A DNA stretch of 57,783 nt from a virus (IMGVR_UViG_3300043427_004567:1-57783), one strand, 5' to 3'; shown: positions 1 to 8,833, counted from the first letter of the stretch. A program made the numbers and translations. Notes: a model not told the origin generated them from the letters alone.

Positions 1-17
1 CACAGGGGGAACTTTGT

Positions 18-647
18 ATGAAAACTCTAGTACTTTCATTACTGATTAAGGATGATTCCCTATATAGTCAAATAGTTGAAATGCTGGCTAAGCAGTTAAA
101 AGAAAATGGAATTAATGTTCTTCAACAGACAGGGCCTGGCTCAACAATTTTAAATGGCATTCAGGTGACAGACGAAGAAGAGGAACAGGAAGAGAAAGAA
201 GAGGAACAGGGTGAAGAACCAGAAGAAGTTGCGGTTGAACCAAAGCAAGAAGAACCAGAAGAAGTTGAAATGCCAGCAGCATCCGAAGCAGAACCGGAAG
301 AAATGACGGTCGCGGCAGAAGACGAAGAAGTTAAAAATGAAGAGATAGTTGAAGAAGAGCAGTCATTCTGGGTTAAATCTTTTTGGCTAGGCGACTGCGA
401 CGTAAAAGTAAAAAGTGGCGTGACCGAATCAATTCTCTACGTCGATGAAATCACCGTAGATGCACCGTACGCCTTATTCAAATTCAAGGATACTTCATAT
501 AGATATCCTATTTGCGAAAATACCGCTGAAGGCGCAAGCATCGCATTAGATTTTTATTCTGCAAATGAGTTATTTAGAGAAGTTAAATGCCTGCTTAAGA
601 AAAAAGAAGATCAAGATTTTGATTTAACTCTGAGCTCTAAATCATGA
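18..647 (+). CDS. Hypothetical protein with a Glu-rich acidic low-complexity central region
   Basis: 209-aa ORF with a GGGGA SD-like sequence upstream and an E-rich tract (EEEEQEEKEEEQGEEPEE); its stop overlaps the next start (ATGA). Confidence 0.8.
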   Translation: MKTLVLSLLIKDDSLYSQIVEMLAKQLKENGINVLQQTGPGSTILNGIQVTDEEEEQEEKEEEQGEEPEEVAVEPKQEEPEEVEMPAASEAEPEEMTVAAEDEEVKNEEIVEEEQSFWVKSFWLGDCDVKVKSGVTESILYVDEITVDAPYALFKFKDTSYRYPICENTAEGASIALDFYSANELFREVKCLLKKKEDQDFDLTLSSKS

Positions 648-1423
648 AAAATAAAATAATCTTTCCAGAATATGTTCAAAATAATATTAATTTTAGAATA
701 GTATCTTCACACACAATTTCTAAATTTAAAGAAGCACAAGCTTTTGACTTTAACGAAATCAACACGGCTGAATATAAAGATAAATTTTCAAAAGCGACTC
801 GTGAAATAGTGTTAATTGAATATGATTATTGGTTTAAGTTTATTTTAGAAGTTGAAAGATATTTTCTACAGTACGGTGAAGAGAAAAATTTAACAAGTTG
901 CTGTAGCGTAAAGATAAAACCTATTCTAGACCAAGTTTTTACTTACATTGAAGATATTTTAATTTCTCATGATGAGCTTTTCAGCAACTCTTTAATTAGT
1001 TATGTCATTAAAATTCATGAAATTGCAAAACAGCCGCTGGCAGAAATGCTAAATGAGCTTGAGGGTTTATCTATTTTTATTGCATTTCCGATGGTTACAA
1101 AAATAATTTCTGCATATCTGCAAATGGTCATGTTCAGCATGTTTGAATTTAACCATAACGTTATAAATAGCAAAATGGAGAAAGAAAAGATTTTATGTTT
1201 TACTGATTTGGTTGATTTTGACTCAAAATATGAAAAGATTTATGCAATAACAGAACGTGCATGTTTAATGAAACAAATGTTTGGCGTAAGAGAATTCACA
1301 ATTAAAAATTATAAGCATGTCGATGCGCCTCACATTGAGGCAGTATTTAAGCAGCTCGAAGAAAAGGGAATAAGGATATTAAATTTATCTGATATACAGG
1401 CATACCACTTATTAGCCGCGTAA
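644..1423 (+). CDS. Hypothetical protein; helical N-terminus and a possible STAS-like C-terminus
   Basis: 259-aa ORF translationally coupled to the upstream gene; the STAS resemblance is weak and judged by eye. Confidence 0.7.
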   Translation: MKNKIIFPEYVQNNINFRIVSSHTISKFKEAQAFDFNEINTAEYKDKFSKATREIVLIEYDYWFKFILEVERYFLQYGEEKNLTSCCSVKIKPILDQVFTYIEDILISHDELFSNSLISYVIKIHEIAKQPLAEMLNELEGLSIFIAFPMVTKIISAYLQMVMFSMFEFNHNVINSKMEKEKILCFTDLVDFDSKYEKIYAITERACLMKQMFGVREFTIKNYKHVDAPHIEAVFKQLEEKGIRILNLSDIQAYHLLAA

Positions 1424-1448
1424 TTTAACCCTTTTTTGAGTTTATCCT

Positions 1449-1958
1449 ATGGAACTTATTTTAAAACTTTTTACCAGCGTTGCCAATGTGATGACGCTCG
1501 AGATGTTCATCTATTTGATTGCGATCATAATAGCAGTAAGTATATTAGTCGTTAAATTGACATTAAAGTTCTCAGATACATTTAGAGAAGTTTTTAAGTC
1601 AAAAAAGATGGCCCAAGAAGAGATTAAATCTTTTCTTGGAGAGGAACTTCAGAAGATTCAAGATAATTTATCTCAGCAGATAGGTGATTCTGATCAACAG
1701 GTTAAATTCGATGATGAAAGAATTAAGGAAATACTTCAGCAGAGCGTAGAAGATATTGAGCTGGTTAAAGAGAAAATTGAGAACTTAGAAAAAACATTAT
1801 TCGTTTTAAACAAGCTCGTTGAAGATATTTCTGAAGACCAAAAACATGTTCATGCAGAATTAACAAGAAATATTAATGACATTGGAAAAACTTTAGCCAC
1901 GTTACAGGGAATATTATTAGTTAGCAACATGACTGTGCAGCGCTCAAATTTTGGTTGA
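1449..1958 (+). CDS. Membrane-anchored coiled-coil protein (function unknown; holin candidate)
   Basis: N-terminal hydrophobic helix MFIYLIAIIIAVSILVV followed by a heptad-rich region. Confidence 0.7.
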   Translation: MELILKLFTSVANVMTLEMFIYLIAIIIAVSILVVKLTLKFSDTFREVFKSKKMAQEEIKSFLGEELQKIQDNLSQQIGDSDQQVKFDDERIKEILQQSVEDIELVKEKIENLEKTLFVLNKLVEDISEDQKHVHAELTRNINDIGKTLATLQGILLVSNMTVQRSNFG

Positions 1959-1966
1959 GCGAAAAC

Positions 1967-1974
1967 TATAAATA
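1967..1974 (+). promoter_or_regulatory. T4-type late promoter TATAAATA
   Basis: Exact TATAAATA about 30 nt upstream of the ATG at 2005; a gp55-like sigma factor is encoded in this window. Confidence 0.75.
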
Positions 1975-2004
1975 GAATAACATAGTAATTTAGAAGAGGT
2001 CGTA

Positions 2005-2643
2005 ATGGTTAAAAGCCCATTCATCGTAATTGAAGAATTTATATCACCGAAGTTGTGTGAGGATATTGTTGCGAAAGTTTGGGTAGAACAACCAGATCTT
2101 GACAAAGATGGAGATCCAATAAAGATGGAGCGCTTTAATCAAGAGCTCCAGTCTTCTCTGTACAAGAGAATCTCAGAATTAGTTCCCGTGGTTGAAGATA
2201 CGTATGATGTAAAATATCGCGGCAGTGACAAATTAGTTTTTCAATATTATCCTGAATTTAGTAAGCGACCTGCTGAAGCACCCGGTTGCGAAAATTCAAA
2301 ATACGTTAGGAAGAAGTGGGTTAAAGTAAAAGATGTTGATTTGACCGCAATTATTTGGCTAAAATCATATAATAATCAAATTCCACTAGATCCAAACACA
2401 GAAGTTTATGGTGGAAAATTAGAATTTCCTGCGTATAACTTCTCATTATTGCCGCAGCGTGGTACAATGGTGATGTATCCAGCAGGCCCGCATTTTATCA
2501 CTGCAATCTCTCCAGTTTTAGTTGGAGATTTGTATCAGATTAAATTGAATATAGCCGTTCAGCCAAAACAGGGCGGAATTTGGCTTTACGACCCATCTCA
2601 GTTTCCAGGTACTTGGAACCAGTGGTTTGAGACTTTCTTTTAA
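2005..2643 (+). CDS. 2OG-Fe(II) oxygenase / prolyl-4-hydroxylase fold protein with degenerate active site
   Basis: Motifs IEEFISPKLCEDI, LTAIIWL, YGGKLEFP and PQRGTMVMYP...SPVLVG match the P4H-like fold; HxD appears as GCE, the distal His as T and the 2OG-binding Arg as L. Confidence 0.75.
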   Translation: MVKSPFIVIEEFISPKLCEDIVAKVWVEQPDLDKDGDPIKMERFNQELQSSLYKRISELVPVVEDTYDVKYRGSDKLVFQYYPEFSKRPAEAPGCENSKYVRKKWVKVKDVDLTAIIWLKSYNNQIPLDPNTEVYGGKLEFPAYNFSLLPQRGTMVMYPAGPHFITAISPVLVGDLYQIKLNIAVQPKQGGIWLYDPSQFPGTWNQWFETFF

Positions 2644-3576
2644 TTAGACTTTTTTCCAAGAACCGTCAGTAGCAGAATTTCCTTCCCACTCAAGTAGCTG
2701 CTCGGCTGAAGATACACTGCCATTTTCATTTTCTGTCTCAATTAGTAATATGATAGACCGCATAGGTCCGGTTTTTACACCATTTGCAGAAGGTGGTGGA
2801 CCATCTGCGTTTGTTAATGAGAGTTTAGTGAATTCGGGAAACTTAAAATTTGGATAATAAACATCCGCAAGCGTTCTAGTATCTCTAACGTCAGATAAGT
2901 TTCCTGGTGGATCGATGATAGTGATTAATTGACTTTTGCTATTAACATCTTGCGCAATATCAGTAATCTTTAAATGTTGAGTACTGCCAAAACTCGTTGC
3001 TGTATAACTATATGTTTCACAAGGATAACCCGCCAAGAAGGTGATTGTGTCAGTTCCGGTATTGCTTACTAATAAATTCTTCAGCCCAAAACATATTGAA
3101 GAAGATCTAAAGTACCTGCCTACAGTAAAAGTTCCGAGTGTCCCAAGTATTTGATCTTTTACTACAGCCTGACCTGCAACAGTAACTGTGCTCGTCATTC
3201 CAGTATTTTTGTCTTTTGAGATAGTATTAGTTACTGTATAAAACCCAATAGAAATTAATCGCGCAGGATGTGAACCAGCAACAGCGCCAATTATTTCGGC
3301 TGAAGCGCCTTGCGATAATTTAATTTTGTCTACTTTGGGTATTTCTAATGTGGCAGTAAATGTTAATGTAAGCGTAGAACTTAGAGATGACTCAACAGTT
3401 AAATAATTTCCGTGATATCCTACGTCTTTTGCTCGTATAAAAACTGGGCCATCTAAAGTAGTTCCAGTAATTGCGGCAGTTCCCGTGACGCCTATCATGA
3501 TATTGCTTCGGCGGGCTGAAACAAGTCGCAACTCAGGTAAATCTCTTTTTGGGTCAAATTGTGGAGTGTAAACCAT
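2644..3576 (-). CDS. Putative virion structural protein (Thr/Ser/Gly-rich, beta-rich)
   Basis: ORF track gives 2644..3630; the likely start is ATG 3576 (MVYTPQF), 2 nt after the PAAR stop; it lies in a late operon. Confidence 0.7.
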   Translation of the reverse strand: MVYTPQFDPKRDLPELRLVSARRSNIMIGVTGTAAITGTTLDGPVFIRAKDVGYHGNYLTVESSLSSTLTLTFTATLEIPKVDKIKLSQGASAEIIGAVAGSHPARLISIGFYTVTNTISKDKNTGMTSTVTVAGQAVVKDQILGTLGTFTVGRYFRSSSICFGLKNLLVSNTGTDTITFLAGYPCETYSYTATSFGSTQHLKITDIAQDVNSKSQLITIIDPPGNLSDVRDTRTLADVYYPNFKFPEFTKLSLTNADGPPPSANGVKTGPMRSIILLIETENENGSVSSAEQLLEWEGNSATDGSWKKV

Positions 3577-3578
3577 TA

Positions 3579-3872
3579 TTAGTTTATAAAAACTGTTGGC
3601 GAACCTTTTTGAATTTTGCCAACATGGCAAGAACTGGCGCAGTGCCGTTCAGCAGCATCTCCAACTTTAACAGCAGGTCGGTTGTTTATAAAAACATTCG
3701 ATGAGCCTTCTACTATTTTTACACTTCTCCAGAAATCACGGCCACTTGAATGACTTGTTGTTACATCATTTTGACGTGAGAGCGGCAAGCCATCAGCATA
3801 AACATCTGATGAACCAGTTTTAATAAAATCACCGCAAGATAGGCGGTCTGAAATTCTACCAGCTGCAGGCAT
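3579..3872 (-). CDS. PAAR-repeat spike tip protein (T4 gp5.4-like)
   Basis: MPAAGRISD, GSSDVYADGLPLSRQND, GSSNVFINNRPAVKVGD and GSPTVFIN repeats with His/Cys metal ligands. Confidence 0.92.
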   Translation of the reverse strand: MPAAGRISDRLSCGDFIKTGSSDVYADGLPLSRQNDVTTSHSSGRDFWRSVKIVEGSSNVFINNRPAVKVGDAAERHCASSCHVGKIQKGSPTVFIN

Positions 3873-3919
3873 TTTAGTTAATTCTCCATTTTAATTTATA
3901 TACGACAAGTATATAATAG

Positions 3920-3927
3920 TATTTATC
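3920..3927 (-). promoter_or_regulatory. Late promoter variant GATAAATA upstream of PAAR
   Basis: Minus strand reads AATTAGATAAATAC; the identical 14-mer precedes the 3006-aa gene at about 31170. Confidence 0.6.
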
Positions 3928-3948
3928 TAATTTAACGGAGTGACTATT

Positions 3949-4707
3949 ATGCGCGAATTATTCATCAAGTGTGGAAAGCATGAATATGGACTTGGCGTTG
4001 TTTTAGATTCAGGAGATGATGAACATCCATGTACACTTACGTTATATGCATTCAAATATTTCATTAAGTTTATGCTACCAAGAATAGTCTGGCCCGTGCG
4101 AATTAAGCGTGATTACGTCAGGGCGAATGGCAGCGTTGCAACATATTACGATGTTTTCAATCGTGTTTTTGGTTTTGTTGTTTATGAAGAACATGTTCAT
4201 ACGTATTACGGCGCAAGAACTTATGCTTCGTTAACTGAAAAAGTTAAATTATTTTGCATTCCGTGGCGGATGACGCGAAGAGTGAGATATGATTTCTACA
4301 CCGCTGATCATGAATATTTCTGTTCAGTTAATGATTATGAGGGTTTTTTGACTGAGTATGAAGCGATAAAAGATGCTGAAAGAAAAGTCCCAAAGTTGAA
4401 AATACAATTCAATGATTTTGATGGTGAAAAGATTGTCGCTTCGTGTTACATCGAAGAAATGGAATGGCGAAATGGAGTTGGGCTTTTTAAATGGGTAGGA
4501 AGCATAACTAAACCAACCATCGTTCGCAGCATGGTATATGAATTTGACAAAGAAGCAGGCAGAACAAAAACTGATTGGAAGGGTGGAATTATTTCAGCTA
4601 GTCGCAAAATAGAAAAAGGCGATTCTGTTTTTGGAGTTTTTACAAGTATTCTGAAAAACAGTAAGATGTTTAATATTGAATCACCAAATTGCAAAATAAT
4701 AGATTAA
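3949..4707 (+). CDS. Hypothetical protein inserted against the direction of the late operon
   Basis: ORF track gives 3940..4707; ATG 3949 has a GGAG SD; TATAAT lies at 3912-3917; its stop overlaps the convergent hydrolase stop. Confidence 0.75.
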   Translation: MRELFIKCGKHEYGLGVVLDSGDDEHPCTLTLYAFKYFIKFMLPRIVWPVRIKRDYVRANGSVATYYDVFNRVFGFVVYEEHVHTYYGARTYASLTEKVKLFCIPWRMTRRVRYDFYTADHEYFCSVNDYEGFLTEYEAIKDAERKVPKLKIQFNDFDGEKIVASCYIEEMEWRNGVGLFKWVGSITKPTIVRSMVYEFDKEAGRTKTDWKGGIISASRKIEKGDSVFGVFTSILKNSKMFNIESPNCKIID

Positions 4708-6383
4708 GCGAAATCAGTTTTTCTTCTCTGAATATATTGCGCACCCTGAGTGTCTGTGCCGGCTATCATTGCTGGAAGACCAGCATGGTGAAAAGCGTAA
4801 CACCATTCTGCTTTAGTGTAAGATGCATATTTTGCACTTACTGAATTTGGAGCTATAACTTTACCTAAAATTCTAGTACCACCAGAAGCAACATAACTAT
4901 TGTAACCTGGCAAAATTTCTTTTTTATACCAAGCAACCATCGCGTGAGTAGCATATGTAACATTGCAACGATTTTCACATGTTGGTGGAATTCCAGCTAA
5001 GGCTGGAGCTTGAAATTTGCCGCCACCATAAAAAACCTTTGCAAGTTGGTCAAGGAATTGATAAAGTCCAGTAGCTGAAGATGTTTTATTTTTTGCGTAA
5101 GGATCATAATTGCTTTCAATTTGTGCAGTTATATGAACAAACAATCTATCGCTGGCATCTAAATCTGGATACATATTAAGAACAGCGTCAATTTCAGATT
5201 TTACTGTTGCAGCCGATGGGGTTGTTGCTGGTCTGCATGAAGCACGTGAAGGACCTATCTGTTGAGATGGAATAAAATTAGTTGCAGTATCAGAAAGTGT
5301 AGGTACAACTGGAGGTGCATTAAATACTGGACACGGTTGAGCATTTCCTCTCTCGTACGTCATTTGAACATTTGTGTTAGTTGCGGTGGTTAGATTAGCA
5401 GCTATAACTCCTGGATCTGATTCGCCTGATGGCGTAACACCGGCAATGCCCAAATCAACTTTACCATCTAGATATGGCAGTGGGTCTGTGCACCCCTTAC
5501 CAGGAAGCCCTGGCAGACGTACTTCATAATGCAAATGTATGCCAGTACCTATACCTGTCCAACCATATGGCCCACCAAGAAATCCTACCGGTGTGCCGGC
5601 TGAAATTTTCTGACCCTGCGTAACTAAAACTTTTCCAAGGTGGGCGTAGGCGGTGCGACATACAAGTTGTCCTTTAGCATTTTGGTGCTTAACTATAACT
5701 ATATTACCATAACCGCGTTGCACGCCATTAAATTCTACTGTGCCATCCGCAGAACATAATACAGGTTTCCCTGAACCATAATTGCCTTGGCCGTAAGAAA
5801 AATCCAGACCACCATGTGTACTTGAGCACCCAGCGCATGGCGATTGTCTTGGCCCAAAGCGAGAAGTATTTCTTGAACCAGGCATTGGATGTTGCAACTT
5901 AACATCTTCATCATCTCTACATATTTTAGGAACCACAGTGTAAGATCTAGAATCTAGTGTTGCTGTTCCGCTATATGCAGTGATCAGAATTGTAAATTTT
6001 TTCTTTTCGTCAGCAACCGGGAATGTGCCACTTAAGATGCCAGTTGATGAATTAAAAACTAACGCAGCAGTTGTTGAAGTGCTGGCTGTCACTGGCGGGG
6101 TGATCGCGAATCCCCACGAAGTAACTGTCGAAGTAGCGGTAGACGCAGATACTAAAAATGTAGCAGTTACTACATTCATATTGCAATCTACAGCTATGGT
6201 ATTAGTAGTGATTTTTCCAGGCACTTCTTCTGGTGCTCCTCGCTGATCACCAGATGGGTTACCGGCTCGGTTCATATAACAATCAACAGATTCGCCAGGT
6301 AACATAAAAGTTGGTTGGGTAAAATCTGGAATTGGCGTCCAAGATGCAGCAGCAGTTGCAGAACCCTTATCACAACAACTCAC
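4704..6383 (-). CDS. Bifunctional peptidoglycan hydrolase: Ig-like domain + M23 metallopeptidase + lytic transglycosylase (SLT/lysozyme-like)
   Basis: M23 zinc motifs HGGLD and HLHYEV with GYGNIVIVKH and YAHL; SLT motif AQIESNYDPYAKNKTSSATGLYQF; Ig-like FNSSTGILSGT segment. Confidence 0.9.
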   Translation of the reverse strand: MSCCDKGSATAAASWTPIPDFTQPTFMLPGESVDCYMNRAGNPSGDQRGAPEEVPGKITTNTIAVDCNMNVVTATFLVSASTATSTVTSWGFAITPPVTASTSTTAALVFNSSTGILSGTFPVADEKKKFTILITAYSGTATLDSRSYTVVPKICRDDEDVKLQHPMPGSRNTSRFGPRQSPCAGCSSTHGGLDFSYGQGNYGSGKPVLCSADGTVEFNGVQRGYGNIVIVKHQNAKGQLVCRTAYAHLGKVLVTQGQKISAGTPVGFLGGPYGWTGIGTGIHLHYEVRLPGLPGKGCTDPLPYLDGKVDLGIAGVTPSGESDPGVIAANLTTATNTNVQMTYERGNAQPCPVFNAPPVVPTLSDTATNFIPSQQIGPSRASCRPATTPSAATVKSEIDAVLNMYPDLDASDRLFVHITAQIESNYDPYAKNKTSSATGLYQFLDQLAKVFYGGGKFQAPALAGIPPTCENRCNVTYATHAMVAWYKKEILPGYNSYVASGGTRILGKVIAPNSVSAKYASYTKAEWCYAFHHAGLPAMIAGTDTQGAQYIQRRKTDFA

Positions 6384-6673
6384 TTAGTGCTCCCATCTAA
6401 CTTCTCTACTGGCACGTCATTAAATTTTTTAATTTCTTCTAATTTTCTCTCAAGTTCATACATTCGTTTTTCAGTTTCTGCTATAAATTTCGAAACATCA
6501 GCCTGAGTGGCAGTTTCGACATCAATTTTTTTAGGATACGGTGGAACTTCCATCAGCGACTCAGGTATTTTCATTTTGATGACTTCAGTTTTTACAACCA
6601 TTGGCGTTTTTTGATCTAGCGCAGCACAGCCAGTTATTAAAACTGTTAAGAAGATTATTCCGAGTGATTTCAT
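6380..6673 (-). CDS. Outer-membrane spanin (Rz1-like lipoprotein)
   Basis: Signal peptide with lipobox LITG/C, a Pro-rich middle (IPESLMEVPPYP) and a short coiled coil; directly follows the i-spanin. Confidence 0.85.
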   Translation of the reverse strand: MKSLGIIFLTVLITGCAALDQKTPMVVKTEVIKMKIPESLMEVPPYPKKIDVETATQADVSKFIAETEKRMYELERKLEEIKKFNDVPVEKLDGSTK

Positions 6674-7092
6674 TTTACTGTCTCCTTACTACGATCATCA
6701 CGCTGTTTTTGAATTGTGTCAACGGTGTCTTTTAATACATTCGCAACTTGACCATCATCTTCTGGTTTAACCTTTGAAATTCTCTCCATCAAATTATCTA
6801 TTGTCTGTTGATCCTTCTTCATCTTATCTTTTAAATTTCGTTCAGCTTGTTCTTTCAACTTATTGGCATTTTCTAATCGTTTGATAGTTTGTTGATTTTC
6901 TATATTAACGTCAATTGCACGACGCAGATCATTCGCCAACATAGTATTTTTCTCAATTAATTCTACTTTTTCTTTCTCAAGAGAATTAATTTTATGTTTA
7001 ACAAAAAGAATTCCACCTACAATAACAAATAAGACTAAAATAATAGCGATTGTTTTGAATTTAAATGCGGAAAATGGTAGGAAGGGTATCAT
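6670..7092 (-). CDS. Inner-membrane spanin (Rz-like)
   Basis: Single N-terminal TM helix followed by a long coiled coil; overlaps the lipoprotein gene by 4 nt. Confidence 0.85.
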   Translation of the reverse strand: MIPFLPFSAFKFKTIAIILVLFVIVGGILFVKHKINSLEKEKVELIEKNTMLANDLRRAIDVNIENQQTIKRLENANKLKEQAERNLKDKMKKDQQTIDNLMERISKVKPEDDGQVANVLKDTVDTIQKQRDDRSKETVK

Positions 7093-7107
7093 ATATAATA
7101 TCCATAT

Positions 7108-7141
7108 AAAAAATAAGGTCAGTGCAGTACTGACCTTATTT
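7108..7141 (-). terminator. Intrinsic terminator after the small fibre-paralog genes
   Basis: Perfect 13-bp inverted repeat AAATAAGGTCAGT (7111-7123) / ACTGACCTTATTT (7129-7141) with a U-tract on the minus strand. Confidence 0.8.
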
Positions 7142-7144
7142 ATA
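7137..7144 (-). promoter_or_regulatory. Late promoter TATAAATA for the spanin/hydrolase genes, overlapping the terminator arm
   Basis: TATTTATA on the + strand, about 45 nt upstream of the i-spanin start. Confidence 0.7.
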
Positions 7145-7160
7145 AAAAATTTCAGTTAAT

Positions 7161-7367
7161 TTATGCTACTAGACGAGCTGTACCAGAAGTTGCAACAGAA
7201 AATGTAATAATAACTGTTGAAGTAGTTGGATGTGTTACGCTTTTTGGTAATATTTTTCGACCATCATGCAAAAATACATCACAAATTGGATATGAACGAA
7301 GAGAATGATTAATTGTCCAAGTTGTTGCTGCGGTGCTAGTGGAAAAATCATATGAAGTCTCAGCCAT
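7161..7367 (-). CDS. Small virion protein with one 'WxIxHxL' beta domain
   Basis: TWTINHSLRSYPICDVF...ILPKSV...IITFSVATSGTARL; paralog of neighbouring genes; AGGGGA SD. Confidence 0.8.
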   Translation of the reverse strand: MAETSYDFSTSTAATTWTINHSLRSYPICDVFLHDGRKILPKSVTHPTTSTVIITFSVATSGTARLVA

Positions 7368-7378
7368 AATTTATCCCC

Positions 7379-7600
7379 TTAAATCACGCGAGCCACACCA
7401 GTTTGTGGGCTCGTGAAAGTAATAGTTACAGTAGCAGTTGATGTTCTAGCAACTGATGCCGGAATAATTTTAGTTTTAACACCACCAACGTCTACTAATA
7501 CGTCAACAACTGGATAACCATCAAAGCCATAGTTAATCACCCAAGTATTTGAAGCTGTTGTTTGGGTGTGTAATACTGAGTGGCCAGGTTTATAAGACAT
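7379..7600 (-). CDS. Small virion protein with one 'WxIxHxL'-family domain
   Basis: HTQTTASNTWVINYGFDGYPVVDV...IIPASV...ITFTSPQTGVARVI; AGGAG SD. Confidence 0.8.
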   Translation of the reverse strand: MSYKPGHSVLHTQTTASNTWVINYGFDGYPVVDVLVDVGGVKTKIIPASVARTSTATVTITFTSPQTGVARVI

Positions 7601-7611
7601 ATTTTAACTCC

Positions 7612-8214
7612 TTAAATAAACTTAGCAACACCAGTTTGCTGTGATGAGAATGTAATCGTTGTTCTATTCACTGTGTTATGAGTGATTGAAGCTGGCTGAA
7701 CTTCTTGATCATTAATAAACACACGAACATCTGGCTCATATCCTAAAGCATGATCAATAACCCATGTTGTTAAAGCATATGACTGGGTGTGTTCATAAGA
7801 ATAAACTGGTTTAGCATTACCCTCAGTGCTTCCAGAAACCACGAAAACAGTTCCTGTGGCTGGCGAATTTAAACTAACCTGAACAGTATTCTGATCAATG
7901 ATCTCAATTTCATTAGGGATAATAACTTTTTTCAAACTATCAAATACCTGAACTGAAACTGTGCCAGCACGTAAGTTATGTGTTACGGTCCAAGTTGATG
8001 CTGAAGAGGACTGAGTATGCACATAAGATGTGATTTCTCTTGTTAAAGGAACCCAAACAGGAAGGCCGTTTGAGAAACCAACAACAATGTAAACTACGCT
8101 ATCTTTAAAAACAACTTGTCCTAAAACCGGACTAGCTGGAAATGTCTCAATAACTTCCAGGGCCGGGTTTTGTAACTGATTTTTCTGTAAATCTGCGTGG
8201 CCATAAAATTTCAT
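7612..8214 (-). CDS. Virion protein with a shared N-terminal domain and two 'WxIxHxL' domains
   Basis: N-terminus MKFYGHADLQKNQLQNPALEVI is nearly identical to that of 8259..8672; two repeats TWTVTHNL and TWVIDHAL. Confidence 0.85.
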   Translation of the reverse strand: MKFYGHADLQKNQLQNPALEVIETFPASPVLGQVVFKDSVVYIVVGFSNGLPVWVPLTREITSYVHTQSSSASTWTVTHNLRAGTVSVQVFDSLKKVIIPNEIEIIDQNTVQVSLNSPATGTVFVVSGSTEGNAKPVYSYEHTQSYALTTWVIDHALGYEPDVRVFINDQEVQPASITHNTVNRTTITFSSQQTGVAKFI

Positions 8215-8258
8215 AATTCAATCCTTTAGTTAAAAAGTTGATGACTTTTTATCATATG

Positions 8259-8672
8259 TTATTCGGTTGGTGCCCTATTACCATCAAGACTACCAGTTGC
8301 AACAATTGCTCGGCCTATCATGGCGGAAGAAAGTGTAACTGTTGCTGTTGTTTTACTTGTAAGCTCAATCTCGCTAGGAATTACCATTTTACTATCTTGA
8401 TCGTAGATCTGAATGCTAACAATGTCCGAATTAAGATTATGGGTAATGGTCCATGAAGAGGATGATTCAGCTTGAATATGGATATGTGTTTCTACATCTC
8501 GTGTTAAAGGTACCCAGATTGGATAATTTTGAACATTGACACAGATGTAAACAGTATTACCTTTGAAAATAAGAGAACCAACAACTGGATTGACTGGAAA
8601 TGATGAAATAACTTCCAGTGCTGGATTCTGGAGCTGATTCTTTTGCAGGTTTGCGTTTCCATAAAATTTCAT
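8259..8672 (-). CDS. Virion protein paralogous to 7612..8214, with one 'WxIxHxL' domain
   Basis: MKFYGNANLQKNQLQNPALEVI...SWTITHNLNS...VIPSEIEL. Confidence 0.85.
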   Translation of the reverse strand: MKFYGNANLQKNQLQNPALEVISSFPVNPVVGSLIFKGNTVYICVNVQNYPIWVPLTRDVETHIHIQAESSSSWTITHNLNSDIVSIQIYDQDSKMVIPSEIELTSKTTATVTLSSAMIGRAIVATGSLDGNRAPTE

Positions 8673-8780
8673 AGCACGGATCCTATTTTGGGCGTAAGGT
8701 ATTTCTTCAGTAGCTATTTATTATGGAATTACTAATTTTCTATTTTATGGGGCAGTTTTTACGTACAACTGGTAAAACAT

Positions 8781-8811
8781 AAAAAGGAGAAGAGCAATGC
8801 TCTTCTCCTTT
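8781..8811 (-). terminator. Intrinsic terminator after the large fibre gene
   Basis: AAAGGAGAAGAGCA / TGCTCTTCTCCTTT inverted repeat with a minus-strand U-tract, about 20 nt after the stop at 8834. Confidence 0.85.
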
Positions 8812-8833
8812 CCCTCTACAAAACTACAACCTA

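Noticed and set aside
7612-8672. Duplicated segments as a DGR template/variable repeat pair
   Set aside because: Both copies are intact genes, differences are not adenine-specific, and no reverse transcriptase is encoded in the window.
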